Assembly: GCF_964355755.1 (NCBI RefSeq)
Contig: NC_092680.1
Span: 5,456,001-5,520,000 of the forward strand
From: Antedon mediterranea
Taxonomy: Eukaryota; Animalia; Echinodermata
Direction: 5' to 3'
DNA length: 64,000 bases
Shown here: positions 13,096 through 24,725 of the stretch, piece after piece
Layout: every line of letters starts with the position of its first letter
Numbering within the stretch: position 1 is the stretch's first letter
Translations under genes and position numbers: made by a program
The notes under the pieces: model-generated
What the model was told of the DNA's origin: nothing
The model's database searches: none
The model's input: the letters and a program-made list of their open reading frames with translations, nothing else

Positions 13096-13795
13096 CGCTG
13101 AAGTTTGTAATAAGTAAAACTATATAATAATCAAGCTGTTTTATGTTTGTATTGAAGATGCAATTTAGTTCTATATAATGGCCAGAATTATGTAATTCTA
13201 AAAATAAAATATTGTTTTAATAATATTTGAATAAGATCACAAAGTGATTTAATTAAAATTATCAAGGTTTATAAATAATTAAGTGTGGGTTTTGCTTTTT
13301 GTTTCACTGTGTTGATCAAGTGAGATGCGGTTATGTGTGACACTTAAGTAATCGTGCTTAAACATGCTATTGACCACACCTGTTAAAGACTATTGATGAT
13401 GATGTTATCATTCGCAAGATTCATATAGCATCTGTGGACGATGAGACAGTAAATACTTTATATTAGTTTGGTTTTCGTAAAGTGGACCTTTTGAAGTGTA
13501 ATCATTCATGCATCCGGTACTCGGTCACCTATCATATCATTAAATATAGGCATCCATTGGCAAGACAGCATAATATTTATTTATTATTTAAATTTTGTCA
13601 TTACTGGTAGATAATTAGAGTTTATTATTACAATAATGCAAACTGCATCCTTAAAATAGCTGACCTTATAGATAAAAATTGATATCTTGCCAACTCAGTA
13701 CAATATTTAATGATAGGATATACGCGAGAGAGCACGCAGTGAACATCTTCCGCTGTATAAACGAGTAGGCCTACTTATATAAAAAGTAAAAAAAA

Positions 13796-15495
13796 ATGGA
13801 AGAACTTTACAAAAACCAAAGTAATGTAGAAGTATCAATGAACACCTCAGACGTTTCATCGTCCACAGAAGCTATGAAACAAGCGAATAAAATAATGATG
13901 ACTTCATTGATGGTCTTGATAATGCTCGCGATGGGATGAAGATTTCAAGAAGGAATTAAGGCGACCCACTGGAGTGGCTATTGGGTTTGCTTCTCAATTT
14001 GGAATTCTACCGCTAGTAGCCTTTACGCTAGCATATATTCTAAGATTGGATCCTCCATATATGCTATAGGGATGTTGATTATTGCTTGTTGCCCTGGTGG
14101 AACTACCTCTCAGCTATTCACATACTGGAGTGATGGTGACATTTGCCTAAGGTAAGGTTACTTCTTTATTCCTAAACACTAATTAATAGCCAGCCAGGAT
14201 TTTTCCTGTTCTTTTTTCAAAATATTGGAAAAAATCTACATTTACGAAGCTAATTAGTATTTAACAGTAATTGAATTATTCTATGGAATCACGGATATTG
14301 TTCGAAAGTGTGAGGTCTGCTATAGAATAGAGATAAAACTAAAGTTTAGATTGGTTAGCAAACATAACCGACTACTACTATTGACCTATGTAGGTCACTA
14401 GGACTTCTGCGCAACGCAAGTAATTTGACCAATCACACGCGATAGATTATTCAATTACTATTACCCTGTGCTTACATCTTTGCATTTCGTCCTAGTGTGT
14501 ACCAAGCTCAATAACTATAATAACACTTTAATATTTCAGTATTTGCATGACGACATTCTCAACTATCGCAGCAACAGGCATGATGCCACTTTGTCTATGG
14601 GTCTACGGTAGAAGATGGACAGATGAGAACACTGTTATCCCTTACAAGAGCATAGTAACCTCCCTGGCGATTATCCTGGTTCCTGTGGTCATTGGAATGC
14701 TTATAAGACGCTACAAACCAAAATGGACACGCGTTATTACAATTGTTAGTAGAACATTCAAATTATCATTTTATTTATGTAAATTTTAACTCTTACTAAT
14801 TACAGGGTGATTGGTCAAATTTCTTACGTTGGGTTACGTCGTTGTGTTGCGTCTCTAGTGAGAACTACGCATTTTGCACATGCGTTGTATGTACACGGAA
14901 CCAACAGATTTAAGTTTCTGACAGACAATGCATATACAAACAAGCAATCGGACAGATTAAACCATTGCTTGTCATATGCTAGTGACATGCTTTACCGTTA
15001 CTTCATAGCGTGGGGTGGTATTCATGTTATTTCATAAATGTCGTTTATCTCGATACACAATTTGTTATAACGAATCGGTACAGCATTATAAAACTATATA
15101 ATATGATTTTTTTTCACAGACTGGTAGTATTATGGGATTTCTAGCAATTGCAACGTGTATTGTACTGAACGGCTTTATAAACCCTAAAATGTTTTTTGCT
15201 CCGTGGACAGTGTGGTTTGCTAGTATCATCCTTACACCTATAGCTTTTTTTTCTCGGATACGTTCTTGCGTACGTGTTACGTCAGTCACGGAAGAAATGT
15301 CGTACCATCTCTTTGGAGACTGGAGTACAAAACGTCGCTCTTGCGTTAACTATCGTAGTTATATCATTTTAAAACAGCGTCGACTTCTTCAAAATTCTTA
15401 TATTCCCATCTCTGTTTGGTATAACAGTTTTATTACATAGTTTCTTGTGTGTGTTTGTCTTCAGGCTGATTGAGAAGAGGTTTTCAAAAGATTGA
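13796..15495 (+). pseudogene. SLC10 paralogue pseudogene; exons ~13796-14151, 14540-14744, 15120-~15495
   Basis: Same three-exon structure as the upstream gene. A deletion after MLAMG gives TGA at 13937; there is an extra AT at ~14060, a frameshift in the T-run at ~15245-15252 and TAA at ~15370. Confidence 0.85.
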
Positions 15496-15935
15496 GAAGA
15501 TAACAATTCAGTTTCTAACCAAACAGAAAACGTAACCAAATAATTAACTTAACTCATATTTAAAATAATACAGTATTAATTAAAATTTAAGGTTCTTATA
15601 CACAATTATCGTTTAATAGGTTTATTATATCGCCTATACTTCCTGATACCATTACAGCCGTGATATTTATTTCAATGCATGCGAGTATGACTATAGAAAA
15701 CAAGTAGTTATAATAATCATGTATTATTATTAGCAGGTCAACCTTAGAACTGAACAATAATAAAAGCATTGAGTTCACAATTATGGCTTCAACCTCTATG
15801 TCAGTTTTTATTTAAAAAACGAGAAGTTTATTGTTCGGTTTTAAATCACTATGAAACCTGGTAGTTCATTTTAGCCGATTTCTTTGTAGTTTGTCTCCTT
15901 ACAATACAAATGTTGAAAGTACTGTGGGAATACAC

Positions 15936-16907
15936 ATGATGGTGGACGTAACATTGTATACGCTTGTAATGTTAGCTACGCAGATGCAACTGGTATGTTT
16001 GCAAAGCCCTCATATTTCTCCACGTTTGGTCTTTGTTCACGCTGGTTGCGATGTCAGTCTTGAGTGTTCATATGCAACTGCAGAAATATCGAACTTTAAA
16101 TGGTTTATTGAAGATATAACAAATGGGACACAGGCTGATCCGATAACTGACAATACTAGAATATCTATAATGAATACCAATGAAATGCAAAGCGTGAGTA
16201 TTTTGACTATTAGAAATGTTACTGAATTGGACAAGGGAAAATATCACTGTTCCTTTGATGGGTTTTCATCAGCAGCAGCAAATATTACTGTGGTTACACA
16301 TACTAATTCTGTTTGCACCGACAATCCAAACGTTACATGTACACAAGGTAATACCGATGCAGTAGGCCTAACTATTAACTGTACTACAATATTCAGTGGT
16401 GTTACTTTCTTCTCTACGTATTTGTACGACCAATGTCAAATTTCAAATTTACAACCGTTCATTTATGACTCGAGCTGTTTGGTAAAGGATACAAATATTG
16501 CTGATGGTACCAAATGTATAACATGTTCAACTATACTATCAGACGTGGATGAATATTTCAACAGTACTAGGCCTACAACAGATATACCAACGGAAATACA
16601 GAATGATACAAGTATGCCTATGTTACCGAGTAAAACTAGTGACATCATGTTATCAACACAGAGAGATGATAAGATGGAAACTGATGAAATGTTCATAAAT
16701 GATGAAAATACTAAAGTTTCATTTGACATACCTATATTCGTTGTACTGGGAGGAGTCTTTCTTTTGGTAATTTTTATTGGTATTTGTATAAAGTTAAAAG
16801 CAGAAGATAAAAGTAAGAAAGATCCTTTGACAGTTACACAAGCACCAGGCAGAATAAAAAGAACCGTTGAACTACCAGAGTTTTATTCAAGAAACACAGA
16901 AATCTGA
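15936..16907 (+). CDS. Single-exon Ig-domain type I membrane protein (IgR-1): signal peptide, Ig, Cys-rich module, S/T stalk, TM, short tail
   Basis: Ig signature VSLEC..FKWF..LTIRNVTELDKGKYHC; TM IPIFVVLGGVFLLVIFIGICI; AATAAA at 16921; likely 5'UTR acceptor at ~15889. Confidence 0.88.
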   Translation: MMVDVTLYTLVMLATQMQLVCLQSPHISPRLVFVHAGCDVSLECSYATAEISNFKWFIEDITNGTQADPITDNTRISIMNTNEMQSVSILTIRNVTELDKGKYHCSFDGFSSAAANITVVTHTNSVCTDNPNVTCTQGNTDAVGLTINCTTIFSGVTFFSTYLYDQCQISNLQPFIYDSSCLVKDTNIADGTKCITCSTILSDVDEYFNSTRPTTDIPTEIQNDTSMPMLPSKTSDIMLSTQRDDKMETDEMFINDENTKVSFDIPIFVVLGGVFLLVIFIGICIKLKAEDKSKKDPLTVTQAPGRIKRTVELPEFYSRNTEI

Positions 16908-17429
16908 CTGTACATGTTCAAATAAAGATTAATCAGGAGAGGAAAATGATTTATGTTACATTTAATATTTATTAAAGATGTGACAGTACCTAATATTTCC
17001 ATGTGTACATACAAATTCCATCATTGATACAACACATCATATAGCCAGTTGTCATTTTAAATTCATAACAACTTTTCAATTTAACGATACTAAAGACTAC
17101 ACACACAGAATACACACATATTACGTCTAACACACATTATGGAAATGCTCATCAAACCAAGGATTGGAATAATCCAGTATAATTAAAATATATCCTGAAA
17201 TATTATACGGTACTATTATATTTCCTCTTTATATCCATTATAGTACAACTAAGCCCATGCATTATTATAACACAATGTGGAAGAATAGTATTCTTCAGTT
17301 GTTACATAAGAGTTGTTGAATCAAAAGGGAAAGTCCCAAATTAAAACCCCTTTGAAATTGATTTTGTTTAGCATAATTTGTCATGTATGACTGGTGAATT
17401 AAGGTCCATTACACTAACTTAATTGAGTG

Positions 17430-17700
17430 GATTTTTGGCTTGGTGGTTATGATGGTTGGCTACCACTCCAAGGGTCCTGGGTTTAAGTCCCGTCACATGT
17501 CAGGATTTTTTCTAAGGACAAAATTACAACTCCACTCCCAAAGACTTGTACTAAGACTTTGTTTATGTAGAGCATCTTGGATATGTTTGTCTCTGAGGGT
17601 CCATAATGATCAGCAATTGCTGGATGGATCACCCTCATTAAATGTAGTGTAAAAAAAAATTGTTTTTGCATTTGTAAATTCCCAGATCGGTTGCCATGAA
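17430..17700 (+). mobile_element. tRNA-derived SINE (degenerate)
   Basis: A-box-like TGGCTTGGTGG and B-box-like GGGTTTAAGTCC. Related fragment at 31148-31280. Confidence 0.55.
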
Positions 17701-17791
17701 GGTGATCAATAACATTGTATATTATAAAGTGAAATAAACAATCTTTAGAAGCTTTTGTGAAATAGAAAAGAAATAATTAGCTTTATAAAAA

Positions 17792-18609
17792 AACAAGGCC
17801 AACAGCCATTAAGTCGCGTGCTACAATGCATAGTGATACCGGACCGACAGACAAACAGACCGACAGACAGACAGACCGACAGACAGACGGATCGACTGAC
17901 ATAGTGAACTATACTGACCGAAATTACTGAACATGTTTAAAAATGTTGAAATGTTTAAAAACATTTATATTTTTTTAATTTACACGTGCGTAGCCTGTCA
18001 CTTTTGACGTGCTCGTATAATGTAATTTCGAGTTGAAAATTAAGTCAAGAAAACAGAAATCGGGCAAAAAGAGTGCGCAATAACATTTAACGCGCAGTGC
18101 GCGCGCAAAAATCTGCGCACTCATGGCAATTTTGTAAACGCTTAAAATTGCCTGAAACGTACTCTTATTTCATCGAAAATAAATTTTAAGCGCGCTTACG
18201 CATGCGTTACATGCGCTACGCACGTAATTGTATTGCCATATGATGATTTATGCCCTGAAATTTATGAGTACCAAATTTTATTTAATTGTGATTCATGGTT
18301 GTTAAGATATGATTACAAACGTGATTTCGTTAAATCGTGCGTAGACCGCGTAATTTTTTATTGCGCACCGTGAAAACATAACCACTTCGATTCCTGGCCA
18401 TAAGGAATATTCTGTGAAAAATTGACTTAGCTAGATTAAACTGATATCAAGATAAGGTCATAAAGCAATAAAACGCATAGTGATACCGGACCGACAGACA
18501 GACAGACAGACCGACAGACAGACAGACCGACAGACAGACCGACAGACAGACAGACAGACAGACCGACCGACCGACATAGTGAACTATAGAGTCGCTTCCA
18601 CGCGACTAA
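17792..18609 (-). mobile_element. Helentron-associated (HINE/DINE-1-like) non-autonomous element, long form
   Basis: Sub-terminal inverted repeats GTCGCGTG / CACGCGAC, (GACA/GACC)n microsatellite in two blocks, terminal AACAAGGCCAACAGCC. Short forms at 43161 and 61771. Confidence 0.7.
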
Positions 18610-19273
18610 TAATGTTGATTTTCAGGTATATGTTTCTCATTTGCGTAACCAAAATCAAAGAAAAAGAAAATAAAAAATCCAATAGTATTTGTGTATCTTA
18701 TGTTTAACTTGTGAACGTATTGTCTCCTCTTTTACTGTGACTACATTTATTGTAGTCAATCCTTGACAATTTTGATATTATCACATTAACATTGTTAATG
18801 TATAACATATATAACACCTATAGCGCATCTCAAGCTTTTGCTTTCTTAAAGGATTTGCCATCTTAATTTGGCTGAGAAAAATACCAAGAAACCAAGAAAT
18901 AAACGCTACTTTGATTGATAATTGATTCTTTATAAGAGATGTTCACACATTGACAGAATGTTATGTATCCATGAACGCCTTCAACGTATTGTATTTTGAT
19001 AAAGTAAACAAAAAATAAGTTTATTTTATACATCAAGTAAACATGGCCAGACCTATATATGTATATGCTGAGATCAGTGAAAATCAGAGATTACACAACC
19101 TGAATATGAATTGTTGGTAACAAATCAACCATACTATTTAACTTAAGGTAAACAAATAAGGAACAGTTATTCTTTAAAAAAAGGTATTCATTTTGAGACT
19201 GTCAAACATGTCCAATAATCGACAACAAATAACTATCTATCAATTCGTAAGAAGTTAAAAACAGTGGTATGCG

Positions 19274-19939
19274 ATGATAAATGTAAGGTTTTCAGTGTTG
19301 TTCATAATATTTTTCGCCAGGCAGTTGGAACTCGGTTGGACTAATGAATGTAATAACGGTACGGCAGGGCCGAAACCAGAACTTACTCCAAATGATAATA
19401 TGTCTGTACCCGTTGGTCGTGATGTTTACCTGAACTGTTCACTGTCACTAGAAACAATGTGTTTTAAATGGTATAAAACTGCTTTTTCAGCAAAGCAATT
19501 GACTAACACTAGTAGAATGTTTATTACTGCAAGTACTGATCGTCTGGTAATTAGAAATGTTTCAGAAAATGACATCGGAAAATATCATTGCGAATATTGC
19601 GGCGTTTCATCAGAAGGATCATACATTACTGTTACTCTTACAATTAATGAGGAAGATTTCACTGAGACGTTTCCACCAACAGAATTTACCGGTACAAATG
19701 TAAGACCAACTGAAACTTCTCAACTACCAATCTATATACCTATATTTGCTACTTTGGGTGGAGTGTTTCTGCTAGTATCGTTCATTGGTGTGTGTATGTT
19801 ATATAATGAAGATACGATTGAAGAGCCAAACAATGACAACAGTACAGCTATCCTCCCTGGTAGAATTAAGAGGAAAGACGAATTGCCCGATTTTTACGTG
19901 GCACATTTTAACATGAATGACACATTTGAACAGGAATGA
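19274..19939 (+). CDS. Single-exon Ig-domain type I membrane protein (IgR-2), lacks the Cys-rich module
   Basis: Signal peptide; VYLNC..FKWY..LVIRNVSENDIGKYHC; TM IPIFATLGGVFLLVSFIGVCM; tail PGRIKRKDELPDFY. Confidence 0.88.
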   Translation: MINVRFSVLFIIFFARQLELGWTNECNNGTAGPKPELTPNDNMSVPVGRDVYLNCSLSLETMCFKWYKTAFSAKQLTNTSRMFITASTDRLVIRNVSENDIGKYHCEYCGVSSEGSYITVTLTINEEDFTETFPPTEFTGTNVRPTETSQLPIYIPIFATLGGVFLLVSFIGVCMLYNEDTIEEPNNDNSTAILPGRIKRKDELPDFYVAHFNMNDTFEQE

Positions 19940-21152
19940 TTTGTTTTCTGTTTTTCCCAATAGCATTAAATTCAATAGATATACTACTGCAAATGTTGAG
20001 GTAAATCATATAGATGATACATAGATGATGATATATTTATGTTACAATTTAAACAGATAAAGTAAAACCAAATAAATGTGAATAACCAAAATGAATTTAA
20101 ATGAGCAAATATAACCTTTTATAGAACTTAATTTGTTAAACCTTTTTTCGTAAAGATGATGGAATAGGTTATGCGGTATATAATTTAAAGAATGAACGGT
20201 TTACACTATGGCCTAATCAATTGTTATTAAAGAAGATCCGAGCCAAATACGCATTCTAGTTTATATCACTAGCATAACGGTAGTAACTAAGAATGAGACC
20301 GTATGTTTAACTAAAAAACAAGATTTTGTTGCAATTATTAAATATAAATATATTATATCAAAACATTGTATTGCTTCAGTGGTTTACATGTATACACCCT
20401 TTGAATACTCTATACAATTGTTAAAATAAAGAAAGGGGTCAAAGAACTGTGCAGCACAATTGAGAATCATCAATATTGTTCAGCGCCGTTTGAATACCGA
20501 TGACGTAAAATAAACGAGGATCATCCATATCATGTGATGTGTAAAACGTTTTTTTTTTGGTAGTTGGTGTAGGTATTTTCCAACTCCAAGAACTATTAAC
20601 ACTATAAACAATACGTTATAGAATAGTTTATGTTTGGTAAAATATTAAAACCATAACATTTATAGTAACGAATGAAGACGTCCAACCCATCCAATTTAGA
20701 ACAATTCAATTAGACCTATATTTAAAAAAATTAACACATAAAAAACCAGGCTTTACGGAAATCAATGAACATTGTCATATTAAAAAAACAGTTAAAGTTC
20801 ACTTTTTTAGTTATTAAAAAAGTGACGAAAGCGTGTAATTTAAGAATTGCGAAATAAATGACAATTGTAATATTAAAATATAATGGCTAAATTTTAAGTG
20901 TTGACAAAAAATGAGGAAGTGTTTCATTTTAAGAAGTTTTAAGGAAATCAATGGAAATTTAAATGCTAAATTGTAAGTATTGTTAACAACAACAATTCAA
21001 CCTTTTAGTAAATTATAGCAGTACAGCTAGTGGACTGAACCGTATTATGAATTACGTGATCAACAACAGTACAGACAGTTGTATTGGCGGTATTCAAAAA
21101 GTACGTTTGAAAAGAAGAAGATTTAAGCTATCAAATTTGTAATAATTCTGCA

Positions 21153-22046
21153 ATGACGAGTTTCTTAATTGCCATTTTCTTATTATTTGCTGTGGAATAC
21201 AATTTGGCACAGACTGAAGGAATAACTGAAATTGATCCATATTATGTGTTTGCGTTTGTTGGATGTAGTGTCAAGCTTACATGTACTTTAAATTCGACAA
21301 GTGCTGCAACGGTTGAATGGTTCAGAGAAGAAAATCTGATCGACGCATTGACTGAAAATGGCCGCTTTTTACAACATTTCCTAAATAGTGAAAGGCAAGC
21401 TGTGAGTATTTTGACAATTGGAAATATTTCGGAAAAAGATAATGGTACAACATACACATGTAAGATTGGTTTACAACCTTCGACTACAAACGCTTTCATA
21501 CATGTCGTCACTGATGTTTGCAATGAAGATTACTCTAAATTCAAATGTATTGATGGTAGGCCTACTAATAACTTGAAAGACATTAACTGCACCACGAAAT
21601 TAGATGGAATTAAAACTCTGTTTTATACCAGTGTATACGATACATGTCAGAATAAGTTTTTTCAAACTATTTGTTCTTGCAAAGGAACAAGCTGTCCAAA
21701 TACTAACAACAAGAATAAAACTGAATGTCAACCATGTTCAAATACCATTTTCAATGATTTTGAACCTGTCTCTACAATAAGTACACCAGAAGATACAATA
21801 AAAACTTCCCAAATAACTGATGATATGGTTGATAAAAATGATGGACAGGAACGTTGGCCTATATCATTTCACTACCTTCTTTTTGGTCCATTGGGTGGAA
21901 TTTTTATCTTAGTAATTTTAATTGGTATATATATAGTGATAAAAAAAGAAGATACGATTGAGGAACCCAGTATTGAATATGATCCTACCTCAACTGGAAG
22001 AATTAAAAGACATGTTGAACTACCAGACTTTTACGTTAAACAGTGA
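21153..22046 (+). CDS. Single-exon Ig-domain type I membrane protein (IgR-3)
   Basis: Signal peptide; VKLTC..VEWF..LTIGNISEKDNGTTYTC; Cys-rich module; TM; tail TGRIKRHVELPDFY. Confidence 0.88.
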   Translation: MTSFLIAIFLLFAVEYNLAQTEGITEIDPYYVFAFVGCSVKLTCTLNSTSAATVEWFREENLIDALTENGRFLQHFLNSERQAVSILTIGNISEKDNGTTYTCKIGLQPSTTNAFIHVVTDVCNEDYSKFKCIDGRPTNNLKDINCTTKLDGIKTLFYTSVYDTCQNKFFQTICSCKGTSCPNTNNKNKTECQPCSNTIFNDFEPVSTISTPEDTIKTSQITDDMVDKNDGQERWPISFHYLLFGPLGGIFILVILIGIYIVIKKEDTIEEPSIEYDPTSTGRIKRHVELPDFYVKQ

Positions 22047-23230
22047 TTACGGTATAGAAACATTTCGGTTATAGGCCTACTTGAATCGTCTAATATTAAT
22101 TAGTTTTGTTAATCAGTTTATTAAGTTTAATTTGCTGGTTTAATATAATTTTTGTAAATGTTTTATTGTCGTATTGTAATCATGAGAACACATCCATCGT
22201 CTTTTAAGGATTTATGTGCGTTGAAATATAGTTTTATTTATGATTATGAATAAAAATGGGACTGTATTATGCACACAGTTGTATCTACGGTATATCCAAA
22301 TACCACCATTGTATACGCTTCAAGATTTCATTGTGACGTACATGTGTTCTGTCTATTCTGTTTTTTCCAGTTGTTTACTTTATCTTCATTGTATCTAAAA
22401 ATACAAAGTCTGTAATTTATTTTTGTTTCCTGATGCCTGTATCAAACTATATTGAATTTAATGGAGCATTTTTAAAGAATAAAGCTTTAAGCTTTACCAT
22501 TTACAGTATACCAATATTGTAAATGCAAAGCTGCTGTTTCAACGACATATGATAACAAATTAACTTAATTAATAGTTAAATATCAATACACACATTGTAC
22601 TAACGTATAAGAGGGCATCTTCAGGGCTCAAACAAAGTGTAGCCTTCACATGGGTGTTTTCTGAATAGGGTTTGGTTGTAATGTTAAAAAAGAATTGCCC
22701 CTCGTTCGTTCTAAAAGAAAGTTCCCGCTTGTATGTGGAATTCTAATATACTTCTGAAAAACACGTTAGCTTGTAAATTACTAACAAAGTCAACCAATTT
22801 AAACATTGTTTTGCATCATCAATCAAATTGAACATTGCTTTTGGATGCGACTTTTTGTCATTTTGTTGGAATACTAATCCATTTCCCTCGTGTCAATAAA
22901 AATGAATATTATGTGCAGAAAATGGGGTAATTTCCTAGTCTACTGAGGGACTAGTCAAATTCGTCATCTACAAATTAGTCAACTAAACTGTAGTCACGTG
23001 TATACGAACTTGTCAATTGTTTGTTTAAACCGTCAAACACTACACAAGAAATAAAGTATAAGTATTATTAGAAGCAAGTGAACCTTAGTAAAAGGTATGA
23101 ATAGCAATATTATGAAAATAATGTACTTCTTGTGTGTTGTGTTTCCTGAATATAAACCTATACAAGCACCACGGTGGTAGGATTGTTTTGGTAAAGTGAC
23201 AAGGTAATTATACACTATCAATACATTTTG

Positions 23231-24184
23231 ATGATGACGAGTTTAACTATCTTCATTCTAATGTTCACTACACTTGTGGAATACCATGGAATTACCATAG
23301 AAACCTCGAAAATCACGCCTGAAATTTTTCCACATTTAGTTTTCGTATTCGAAGGCTGTGATGTCAATCTTACATGTTCATATTCGACAGAAGCTACAGA
23401 TGTCAAGTGGTTTGAATATAAAGAAGAAGAAGACGATTCAGACATTTCAAAAGATACGTTTATAACTAATAGTAATAATGGAACACATACTATTTCTATA
23501 TTGACAATTATGAACGTTACGCGGACAGACAGCGGGCAGAATTATTGTAAGTTTGGTTCTATATCGACTGATACGAGTATTGTAGAAGTCATTCCGAGTA
23601 GCATCAACACCTGCAATCTTGAGGATATTGATACCATGTGCACAGAATCTAGAAACGATCCAATAACTGTTAACTGTAGTTCTACAATACCTAATGGTAT
23701 TCTTTCCTTTTACCATATGTATGGATGCAATAATTCTAGTTCAAAAACAACGTGTGTTGTTGATGCACCTTACATTTCGACAGATCCAAACTCTATAAAG
23801 AAATGTCAAACATGCTCAGATTCAGTTTGTGATGTTTGTAGTATAAGAGAAACAACACTTCCTGATATGACAACAACCACTGGAACTATATTGACAACTT
23901 CTGACGTCAAATCAACATTAATTGATAATGATACGACAACAACTGAAACTTATAAAACTGTGGTAACTACCACCGCGATGGAAACATCTGAACGTATACC
24001 ATTTCACTATATTCTATTTGGTGCATTAGGTGGAATTGTTGTTTTAGTAATTTTGATTGGTATGTGCATAATGATAAAAACAGAAGACACGACTCAGGAA
24101 CCCAGTATTGAATGTGATACTATAACCACCCCTGGTAGAATTAAGAGGCAAGTTGAACTACCAGAAATGTATGTAAGGCAGTAA
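23231..24184 (+). CDS. Single-exon Ig-domain type I membrane protein (IgR-4)
   Basis: Signal peptide; VNLTC..VKWF..LTIMNVTRTDSGQNYC; Cys-rich module; Thr-rich stalk; TM; tail PGRIKRQVELPEMY. Confidence 0.88.
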   Translation: MMTSLTIFILMFTTLVEYHGITIETSKITPEIFPHLVFVFEGCDVNLTCSYSTEATDVKWFEYKEEEDDSDISKDTFITNSNNGTHTISILTIMNVTRTDSGQNYCKFGSISTDTSIVEVIPSSINTCNLEDIDTMCTESRNDPITVNCSSTIPNGILSFYHMYGCNNSSSKTTCVVDAPYISTDPNSIKKCQTCSDSVCDVCSIRETTLPDMTTTTGTILTTSDVKSTLIDNDTTTTETYKTVVTTTAMETSERIPFHYILFGALGGIVVLVILIGMCIMIKTEDTTQEPSIECDTITTPGRIKRQVELPEMYVRQ

Positions 24185-24429
24185 TGATCTGATTTATATG
24201 ATAACAAACCAGTTTATAAAACGTATAAACAAGTAAAACAGGCTTCTACATGATTGACTCGACAAAGACTTTATAACGCCTGTTACATTGAGTCTGATAA
24301 TCTATTCTACCTACTATGGATTTTGTACATTTATACTTTTCGGATGAGTGCTGTATCTCCCAATTTTTGCCCAGTATCATAGGAATATTTGTAATACGCC
24401 ATCTCAAATGTATCATGTACGGTTATGTT

Positions 24430-24725
24430 TTTATTTTATTTATTTATTTTATGTCTTTAGGCAATGTGGCCAAGGATTACCAATAGTGAATTAATCCCTG
24501 TCCTATCAGATAGGTGGTAATCCTCCTGATACAGGGGCTATTGTGTGAACCAGTTCACCGGGGTAACCCCCTACTCTTTTTCAAATAATGGACTGGGTTC
24601 TTTAAAGTACACACAGGTTATAACTGTGTACACTGGACCTACGGTTTATAGTCCTTATCCGAGAAGACTTGTTCCATCACCAGAACTAGGAGCGATTCGG
24701 CCTCGAACCCTTGCCGATGTTAAAG
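24430..24725 (-). mobile_element. SINE with Deu/Nin-type central domain
   Basis: The minus strand reads GTCTTCTCGGATAAGGACTATAAACCGTAGGTCC...AAAGAACCC...GAAAAAGAGTAGGGGGTTACCCCGGTG, resembling the DeuSINE/AmnSINE1 core as recalled, and ends in an (AAAT)n tail. Confidence 0.65.

Noticed and set aside
16848-16865. RIKR as a furin site
   Set aside because: It fits R-X-K-R but lies on the predicted cytoplasmic side of the TM.
15936-24184. Protocadherin-style variable exons spliced to a shared constant exon
   Set aside because: Each ORF has its own stop, poly(A)-type signals follow IgR-1 to -3, and only IgR-4 has a good donor after the conserved Tyr.
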